Positions 49,163 to 56,700 of a stretch of DNA of 64,000 bases are shown here, piece after piece. This DNA comes from an uncultured delta proteobacterium. Its GTDB lineage: Bacteria > Desulfobacterota > Binatia > UTPRO1. Position 1 is the first letter of the stretch, and every line of letters begins with the position of its first letter. Below the pieces are notes generated by a model. That model worked only from the letters and a program-made list of their open reading frames with translations. It was not told the DNA's origin and made no database searches. The stretch covers positions 451,064 through 515,063 of the forward strand of contig CAVZDH010000001.1 in the NCBI GenBank assembly GCA_963774015.1, given 5' to 3'. Made by a program: the position numbers and the translations under genes.

Positions 49163-51085
49163 TGCGCCGGTCAAAACCGGCAAGGTGTTGTGGATGAAAG
49201 AGCCACACGATGAAGGAGTAGCGACCCACATCGGCCCCGAGTCATGCGTCGCTGTCCGTGAGGGCAGAGGCGAAGCGTTGACAGGGGTACGTGCAGGCCA
49301 GCCATGGAGCCGCGAAAATCAATTATAGCCTCGGGTGCCGACGCTCTTAGTGTAAGCGGAAGGCAACATCGCAGTGCGTCGATATCGCGAGAGGCGGCGG
49401 ACCCGGCGCGGTCGAAGACCCTGCGCATGCACGGAAACACTTTGCACGGGAACCGGGAGATCCCGCCACCGTCTGGGAGCCGGAGTGGCCCAGACCGCAT
49501 CGGGAAGTCGAGAGACGCAATCCGATGACGCACGGTGACGGGAAGTCGGACACCGCCGTAGTACCGAGAGAAGCTGCCGAACAAAGCTGCGGAACCAGCG
49601 GCGGAGGCGGTGGAGGGAAGGGCGGTGGCCAAGGGGAAGACGCTCGAGCGTAACACGCTCCGGACGCAGAGCCGGGAAGGTGTGCCCAGCGCGCTCGAGC
49701 GGATACGAGAGGCCGCAAGGCAACAGAAGCAGCTGCGTTTCACCGCGCTCCTGCACCACGTCTACGACGTCGAACGGCTGCGGCGGGCCTACTACGCACT
49801 GAAGCGAGAGGCGGCGGCGGGAATCGACGGGGAGACGTGGAAGCACTACGGCGAGCAGTTGGGAGAAAATCTGCAAGACCTGTCCCAGCGGCTCAAACGG
49901 GGAGCGTACCGAGCCAAGCCTGTACGGCGGGCGTACATCGAGAAGGCGGACGGGCGGCAGAGGCCGCTCGGCGTTCCCGTGCTGGAGGACAAGATCGTCC
50001 AGCGCGCCGTCGTCGAGGTGCTCAACGCCATTTACGAACAGGACTTTGCGAGGTTCTCGTATGGATTCCGCCCGGGGCGCGGACCGCATGATGCCCTGAA
50101 CGCGCTGACGGTGGCGATCCAGACCAGAAAGGTGAGCTGGGTGCTCGACGCGGACATCAGAAGCTTCTTCGACACGCTGGAACACAGCTGGTTGGTGAAG
50201 TTCGTCGAGCATCGGGTGGCAGACCGGCGCATCGTGCGCCTCATCCAGAAGTGGTTGAGGGCCGGGGTGCTGGAAGAAGGTCGGCGGACACGTAGCGAGG
50301 TAGGGACGGTACAGGGCGGAAGCATCAGCCCGCTGCTGGCCAATATCTACCTGCACTACGTGTTCGATCTGTGGACCCAGCGATGGAGAAAGAAGCAGGC
50401 GCGCGGACAGGTCATCGTCGTGCGCTACGCCGACGACTTCGTCCTTGGGTTCGAGCATCGCCACGAGGCCGAGCAGTTCCTCGTGGATCTCAAGCAGCGG
50501 TTTTCCCAGTTTGGCTTGGAGCTGCACCCGGAGAAGACCAGACTGATCGAGTTCGGGCGGTTCGCCGCCAGCAATCGCGATCGGCGAGGACAGGGAAAGC
50601 CCGAGACCTTCGACTTCCTTGGCTTCACGCACAGCTGCGGGAAGACGCGGAAGACGGGGAGCTTTGTGGTGCTGCGGCGAACGATGCGCAAGCGGATGGC
50701 GGCGAAGCTGCAGGAAGTGAAAGCCGAACTGCGACGACGTCGGCACACGACCCTTGGCGAGCAGGCGGAGTATCTGCGAGCGGTGGTGCAAGGGCACATG
50801 CGGTACTATGGCGTGCCCCGCAACTTTCCAGCGCTCAACGCGTTCCGCTGGGCGCTCGGCCGACTGTGGTGGCGGTCGTTAGGCCGCCGCAGTCAACGCG
50901 GCCGCATCCCCTGGCAGCGCATGACGCGTATCCTACGTCTGGCACTGCCGCGTGTTCGCATCTGTCATCCCTATCCGTCCTTGGACGCATCTCGTCAGAA
51001 CCTGAGGCAGGAGCCGGATGCGGTAATGCCGCACGTCCGGATCTGTGCGGGGGGCGCCGAGCGATCGGCGTCCCTACCGCGACCC
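49163..51085 (+). mobile_element. Bacterial group II intron (ribozyme plus intron-encoded protein)
   Basis: 5' end GTGCGCC at 49163 (consensus GUGYG); RT/maturase ORF; domain V-like hairpin at 51011-51043; GNRA-capped hairpin at 51050-51073; 3' end near 51083-51085 (CGAC/CC), boundary +/- 3 nt. Confidence 0.8.
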
Positions 51086-51130
51086 GCCGCGTGGGAGGCC
51101 CTCATGGCCGCTGCCGGGGCGGAGAGATAA
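49610..51130 (+). CDS. Group II intron-encoded reverse transcriptase/maturase
   Basis: RT domains 0-7 (RPLGVPVLEDKIVQRAVVEVLNAIYEQDFARFSYGFRPGRGPHDAL; DADIRSFFDTLEH; YADDFVLGF) and maturase X domain; no HNH endonuclease domain seen; computed ORF runs through domain V, so true C-terminus is uncertain. Confidence 0.9.
   Translation: MEGRAVAKGKTLERNTLRTQSREGVPSALERIREAARQQKQLRFTALLHHVYDVERLRRAYYALKREAAAGIDGETWKHYGEQLGENLQDLSQRLKRGAYRAKPVRRAYIEKADGRQRPLGVPVLEDKIVQRAVVEVLNAIYEQDFARFSYGFRPGRGPHDALNALTVAIQTRKVSWVLDADIRSFFDTLEHSWLVKFVEHRVADRRIVRLIQKWLRAGVLEEGRRTRSEVGTVQGGSISPLLANIYLHYVFDLWTQRWRKKQARGQVIVVRYADDFVLGFEHRHEAEQFLVDLKQRFSQFGLELHPEKTRLIEFGRFAASNRDRRGQGKPETFDFLGFTHSCGKTRKTGSFVVLRRTMRKRMAAKLQEVKAELRRRRHTTLGEQAEYLRAVVQGHMRYYGVPRNFPALNAFRWALGRLWWRSLGRRSQRGRIPWQRMTRILRLALPRVRICHPYPSLDASRQNLRQEPDAVMPHVRICAGGAERSASLPRPAAWEALMAAAGAER
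51011..51043 (+). ncRNA. Group II intron catalytic domain V
   Basis: GAGCCGGAUGCGG-UAAU-GCCGCACGUCCGGAUC closely matches the domain V consensus GAGCCGUAUGCGAU-GAAA-GUCGCACGUACGGUUC, including the AGC triad. Confidence 0.6.
51086..51095. repeat. Right copy of 10-bp flanking direct repeat GCCGCGTGGG
   Basis: Identical to 45758-45767; lies just 3' of the group II intron. Confidence 0.55.
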
Positions 51131-51143
51131 GAAGGCGCCACCC

Positions 51144-51644
51144 GTGGACTTCGAGCTCCGCATCATCGGACGCGCCCGCACCCCGTGGACGCGCCGCGAG
51201 GACGCCCCGCACCAGCCCCCGGCGTCGCCGGAGACGCGGGGCATCGTGGAGATCGACCCGCCGTATCGCGAGGCGCTCGCCGATCTCGGGGGCTTCGGCC
51301 GTATTTGGTTAATTTTTCATTTCAACCGCAGCGGCGGCTGGGGTCCGAAGGTCCGACCCCCGCGCGGCGGACCGAAACGCGGCCTCTTCGCGACCCGCGC
51401 TCCGGACCGGCCGTCGCCGCTCGGCCTCACCAACGTGGCGCTCGAGTCGGTCGACCTCGAGCGCGGCACGGTCCACGTCCTCGGCCTCGACCTTCTCGAC
51501 GAGACGCCGATCCTCGACATCAAGCCGTATCTGCCGATGTTCGACGCCTGGCCCGATGCCGGGCACGGTTGGATCGAGCCGTATCTCGAGGCGGGCATCG
51601 AGCCGCGGCTCAAGCGGCCGAAGCGCGTGCTGCCGCGGGGGTGA
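51144..51644 (+). CDS. trmO: tRNA (N6-threonylcarbamoyladenosine) methyltransferase TrmO/TsaA family protein
   Basis: YaeB/TsaA-like motifs (RIWLIFHFNRSGGWGPKVRPPRGGPKRGLFATRAPDRPSPLGLTNV; DETPILDIKPYLPMFDA); GTG start. Confidence 0.8.
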   Translation: MDFELRIIGRARTPWTRREDAPHQPPASPETRGIVEIDPPYREALADLGGFGRIWLIFHFNRSGGWGPKVRPPRGGPKRGLFATRAPDRPSPLGLTNVALESVDLERGTVHVLGLDLLDETPILDIKPYLPMFDAWPDAGHGWIEPYLEAGIEPRLKRPKRVLPRG

Positions 51645-51678
51645 GCGCGTGGCGCCACGGCGATGCCCGTGCGAACGG

Positions 51679-52320
51679 TCAGCGCCACGCCGGGAGGAGG
51701 GCCGGGGTCCGCGCTCGATAGCGAGCGTACTCCTCGCCGAGACCGGCGAGCATCGTCCGCTCCTCGACCCGGATCCGGTAGAGGTAGGCGGGCACGACCG
51801 CGGCGCCGACGAGGCCGAGGCCGAGGACGCTCCCGAGCGCGATCGCCGTCCCGGTCACGGTGAGGATGCTTCCCGTGTAGGAAGGATGGCGCATCCATCG
51901 GTACGGGCCGTGCGAGAGGACGCGCTGATCGTCCTGCACCACGACCGCCGACGTGAAGAACCGCCCGAGCGTGCGGATCGCCACGAGCCTGAGCCCCATC
52001 CCGAGGGCCGCGATTGCGATGCCGCCGGCGACGGTCGCCGAGGCCGGCGCCGGCGTCACGACGTCGCGCGCCGCGAACTGCAGGACGGACGCGAGGTTCG
52101 CGATCACCACCGCCAGGAAGATCAGCAAGGCCGAGCGGCGGTCGTTCGGGTCCGTGACGAGGTCCGCGGGCGACAGCGGCGGTTGCGACGACAGCGTGAG
52201 GAAGGCGCAGACGAAGCCCGCCCACGGCCCCGGATGCCGAAGGTAGGAAGCACCCGCCAGCGCCGGAGCGAGCAGGAACACGGCGGCGGGTATCGCGAGA
52301 TACGTGAGCAGGCGCTTCAC
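51679..52320 (-). CDS. Isoprenylcysteine carboxyl methyltransferase (ICMT/PEMT) family membrane methyltransferase
   Basis: 213 aa, 4-5 TM helices and C-terminal ICMT-type block (LSHGPYRWMRHPSYTGSIL...VEERTMLAGLGEEYARYRARTP); GTG start overlaps upstream stop. Confidence 0.7.
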   Translation of the reverse strand: MKRLLTYLAIPAAVFLLAPALAGASYLRHPGPWAGFVCAFLTLSSQPPLSPADLVTDPNDRRSALLIFLAVVIANLASVLQFAARDVVTPAPASATVAGGIAIAALGMGLRLVAIRTLGRFFTSAVVVQDDQRVLSHGPYRWMRHPSYTGSILTVTGTAIALGSVLGLGLVGAAVVPAYLYRIRVEERTMLAGLGEEYARYRARTPALLPAWR

Positions 52321-53756
52321 GGCTCGCTTCGCTTGTGCGCGCGCAGCGTGTCCTGCATCCGGGCGAGCGCGGTCTTGGTGAGGTCGTGCTCCACCTCGAC
52401 GAGGCTCGCGAGGTAGCGCTCGTAGCCGTCGCGCGACAACTTGAGCACGGTGAGCGGCGTCGACGCAATCACATCGGCGGTGCGCTCTCCACCCGCGATG
52501 AGCGCGATCTCGCCGAAGTAGTCGCGCGGCCCGAGCTCGCGCACCTTCACGTGACGACCGTCCGGCGTCGTGAGCTTCACCTCCGCGGTGCCTTCCTCGA
52601 TCAGGAACAGGTCCTCGCCGGCGTCGCCCTGGCGGACCACGTGCGTTCCCGCGTCGTACGACCAGCGTTCGAGGCACGTCGCCAGCACGGCGGCCTCGGC
52701 GACCGAGAGCTCGCGAAACAGCGTCGTCGTGCGCAGCCATTCCCCGACGTCGAGCAACTGCCGGCGCACCGCCATGTGACCGCCTTGCTCGGGCACTGGC
52801 GTATCGGAGAGCGCGGGCAGACCCTCGGGAGGGCAAAGACTGCTCGGCAGCGGCTTGGCGCCGCCCTTCAACTCGAGGAGCGCGATAAGTCCTTCCTCCC
52901 TCGGTGCCGCGAGCGCAGCCTCGATCGCCGCAAAACGCGTGCTGGAAAGCTCCGACGAGAGGAACGCGTACGGGTAGCGCGTCCGGTTTTGATAGTTGAA
53001 GAACCCGAAGGAGCCTTCCGTGGCGTACGGGATGACGCCGTGAAGTACGACGGTCGGCATGTGAAAGAAGTCCTGACTCTTCTTGGCGACGGCGAGCTCG
53101 AGGTCTCCGACGCACGCCTCGATCTCGTGGTGGAGCGATTCGCTCAGGATACGACACGCCGCCAACAGCAACTCCACCGGGCCTCGCGCCGAGAGCTCGT
53201 CCAGAGGAGGCCGGAAGTGGGTTTTCATCAGGCGACCCGCCTCGCGAACGCGTTGCGCCGGAAGGTCGGGCAAGATGCGCAGACGATCGAAGATTCCGCG
53301 GCCGAAGACCTCCTCGACGGGAAACAGCGGCCGACGCGCATCACGCATGATCGCGGCCGGCGGGACGTCGGCCAGCGCCTTGAACGTCCCATACGCGAGG
53401 ATCTCACCCGTTTCGGCGGCCCCGGAGAGGACATGCACGTCGGCCGGCGTCACACCCGAGAGCGGCTCGTGCCGCAGGCGCTCCGCGTGGATCAACCGCG
53501 GGTCCAGCTGGTGCGCCATCAGGTACTGCGCGAGCCGGAACGTCATGATCGCGACCAGCTGCTCCTCGGTGAGGCTCGGCGTGCGGAGCGCGACCGTGCT
53601 GACGCCGTGGCGGTCCTCGACCCAATACAACGCCTCGGGGTGGCGCCTCTGGAAGAGCTCCGGCAGGCGGATCGCGGCGGCGCGGTCGAGGAGCTCGCGG
53701 ATGAACGCGTCGACCTCCGGCTCGAGACCGACCAGGATGTCGTCGACGGCGGCCAT
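52317..53756 (-). CDS. Cyclic nucleotide-binding domain protein with uncharacterised ~320-aa N-terminal domain
   Basis: C-terminal cNMP-binding fold (ERWSYDAGTHVVRQGDAGEDLFLIEEGTAEVK...YFGEIALIAGGERTADVIA); N-terminal two-thirds matched nothing I recognise; start is 2 nt after the giant upstream gene's stop. Confidence 0.7.
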   Translation of the reverse strand: MAAVDDILVGLEPEVDAFIRELLDRAAAIRLPELFQRRHPEALYWVEDRHGVSTVALRTPSLTEEQLVAIMTFRLAQYLMAHQLDPRLIHAERLRHEPLSGVTPADVHVLSGAAETGEILAYGTFKALADVPPAAIMRDARRPLFPVEEVFGRGIFDRLRILPDLPAQRVREAGRLMKTHFRPPLDELSARGPVELLLAACRILSESLHHEIEACVGDLELAVAKKSQDFFHMPTVVLHGVIPYATEGSFGFFNYQNRTRYPYAFLSSELSSTRFAAIEAALAAPREEGLIALLELKGGAKPLPSSLCPPEGLPALSDTPVPEQGGHMAVRRQLLDVGEWLRTTTLFRELSVAEAAVLATCLERWSYDAGTHVVRQGDAGEDLFLIEEGTAEVKLTTPDGRHVKVRELGPRDYFGEIALIAGGERTADVIASTPLTVLKLSRDGYERYLASLVEVEHDLTKTALARMQDTLRAHKRSEP

Positions 53757-53758
53757 CG

Positions 53759-56700
53759 TCAGTCGGCCTTGGCGGCGAACGTCGTCGCGTCCTGCTTCTT
53801 GAAAGGCGCGCTGAAGACGGACTCCCAGCACGTGCCGGTCGCGTGGTTCACGAGCTGCACGCGCACGGGCGAGAGCAAGGCGGCGAGGCTCGGCGGCATG
53901 TCGAGCCGGTCCCCCTTGCCCTTCACCTGGATCTTGGCCTTGCCGGCGACGAGACCTTCGCGGAGCTGGAGCTGCGCGACGCCGTCCGGCGTGAGGTCGC
54001 CGTCCTTGTAGTCGAAACCCGTCTTCTTCTCGCGCCAGCACGCCTTGCCCTTGGCGCAGAAGCCGCCGGGCGGCACGATCGCCGTCGTGACGAGCCCGGT
54101 CGCGTCGTAGAGGCAGAGCTCGTAGCGGTCGGTGGTGAGCGGCTGCCCGAAATCGGCCTTCGTCGTGACGGCGCCCCTCGCCCACTTCCAGGCGAGCTGG
54201 TCCTTGGCGTCGGGGCTCTTGTCCTTGAGGAGCAGGCTCGCCTTGCCGGCGACGGCCGGCAAGCGGCAGCCGGCGAGCGGCGCCGGCGCGCACTCGCGGA
54301 GACAATCGGAGGAGCAGCCGTCGCCGCTCGCGGTGTTACCGTCGTCGCATTCCTCGGCGAGCTCGAGCACGCCGTCGCCGCAGGTCTGCACGTCGCAGGC
54401 GTCGCCCGTGCCGTCGCCGTCGGTGTCGCTTTGCGAGGGGTCGAAGGCCTCGGGACAATCGTCCTGCGCGTCCGGGACGCCGTCGTCGTCGGCATCGGCG
54501 GGCGTCGTCACGGCGGTCACGAGGGTCGGGAGGCAGCTCGCCCCGCTCGGGCAGTCGGGCGGCGTCGTCACCTCGGGACGACACGTCGCCGGCTGCCGCA
54601 GGATGCAGCGCCGGCAGTCGACGTCGGTCGCGCAGGCGAGCCCGGTGTAGCGCGTGCAGGTTCCGGTCGCGGTCGCGCAGGTGTCGAGGTCGCAGAAGGA
54701 GCCCGCGCCGCAGTCGGCGTCGACACCGCAGGGGATCGCGAGGTCGCAACGCCCGGCGGGGGCGAGGAAGACGCGCGTGTCCTCGGGCACGCGGAGCGGA
54801 TCCTGCCCGCCCGGGTCGACACGGCCGATCACCGTCACCGTCTCGGTGCAGAAGTCGTAGACCTGAATCACGAGGTCGCCGGGAAAGCCCTCGACGCTCA
54901 GGTCCTGGCCGCCCTGCTCGGCCTCGAGCGTCAGGAACGTCACCTTACTGCCGTCGATCTTGTAGGGTTCGCGCGGATCGCAGGCAGCGAGCCGGCACGG
55001 CGTCACCGCCTGGCGCACGTTCTTGAGCTCGCCGCTCACGGCGTCGTAGACCTGCAGCACGTCGTCGAGCGTATCGACGTCGGCCGGCACGCCGACGCCG
55101 CCGTTCAGGTTGGTGGCGTTCTCGGCCGCTTCGTTGGCGCTGAACGCCACGAGCTGCCGCGCGCCGCAGGTGGTCACCGCGGGCGCACCCAGCACGAAGT
55201 CGTCGGCCGCGACCCGGACGCCGGCCGTGCAGCTCGGCGCTCCGGGGCCGGTCGGCGTGCAGGCGAGCGGCGTGCCGGCGAGCGAGTACACCTGCAGCAC
55301 GCGGTCGGTCGCGTCGACGTCGGCGTTCAGCAGCGCGCCGCCCTGCACCGCCTCCGACGTGAGGAAGCCGACGACGTCACCGTTGATCGCGAGCGCCTCG
55401 CCGGCTTGCCCGGTGCTGATCCACGACCCCGCCGTCGCACCCGGGAGGGCATTCACCGCGACGACGTCGTCGCCGGCGTCGCCGTCGCCGTTCAGATCCG
55501 TTCCGCCGTCCGGGCATCCCGTGGTCACGGCGCCCGCCGTTCCGCACTCCGAGACGAGCGCCGCGAGCCCGCTCGTCGACGCCGCGACCGCCGTCGCCGC
55601 GCGCGCGAGGTTCACGACTGATCCGCCCTCCCAGAGCTGCACCACGTCGTCCGTCGTGTCGGCGTCCGGCGGGTTCAACGACCCGCCCGGACACGCGCCG
55701 GTCCCGACCGCCGACTCGGGCCGCAGGAACACCGCCGTCCCGTCGCTCGCCACCGCGACGTCGTCGGCGGGACAGAGCGTCGTCGTCGTCGCGCTCGCGG
55801 AATCGAGCACCTCGAGGACGGTGTCGTCGAGCGCGCCGTCGGCGAAGAGCGCATCGGCGCCGAGGGGGTCGGCGGGGTCAGTGCCGTGGACGAAGACGTC
55901 CCGGAAGCCGTTGGTGTCGTTGCCGACCCCGACGAGATTCGTCGCGTCGCTCAGGAACGCCACCTCGCGGGCGTCGCGCGACAGCCCGAGGAAGCCGTTC
56001 ACCGTACCACCTCCGCCGGTGGCCTCCTCGCCGGCGAGGCCGACGTTCACGCGCGTGGTCACGCCGCTCTCGCGGTCGGAGAGGAAGATGTCGCCGGCCC
56101 CGTTCGTGTCGAGCCCGGCGCCGAGGAGATTCGTCGCGCTGCTGTAGAACGCGACGTACCGCCCGTCCGGCGAGATCGTGACGTCGGTCGGCGGAGCGTC
56201 CGGGCTCGTCCCGCCGGGACCGCGTCCGACGAGCGTCGTCACCCCCGTCAAACGATCGTGGACGAAAGCATCGGTCGCGCCGTTGACGTCTGCTTCTGCT
56301 GTGAGATTGCTCGCGCCGCTCTCGAACGCGACGAAGCGACCGTCGGCGGACATCGTGACGCGAGAGAAGCCGGATGCGCCATTGCTCTCGATGCCGCCGG
56401 GTCCGATGCTGACCCGCTCGTTCGCACCGGTCTGCCGGTCACGCACGAAGACGTCCGAGACGCCGTTGGTGTCGAGACCCGGGTCGAGGAGGTTCGAAGC
56501 GGTGCTCGTGAAGGCGACGTAGCGCCCGTCGGCGGAGATGGCGGGCCACTCACCGGATCCGCTCGGCGGCTCCGCGCCGCCTGGACCGACGTCGACCCGC
56601 TCCGTCGTGCCGAGCAAGCGGTCGCGCACGAAGACGTCGCGGTTGCCGTTGGTGTCGCCACCCGGCCCGAGCAGATTGGTCGCATCGGACGCGAAGACCA

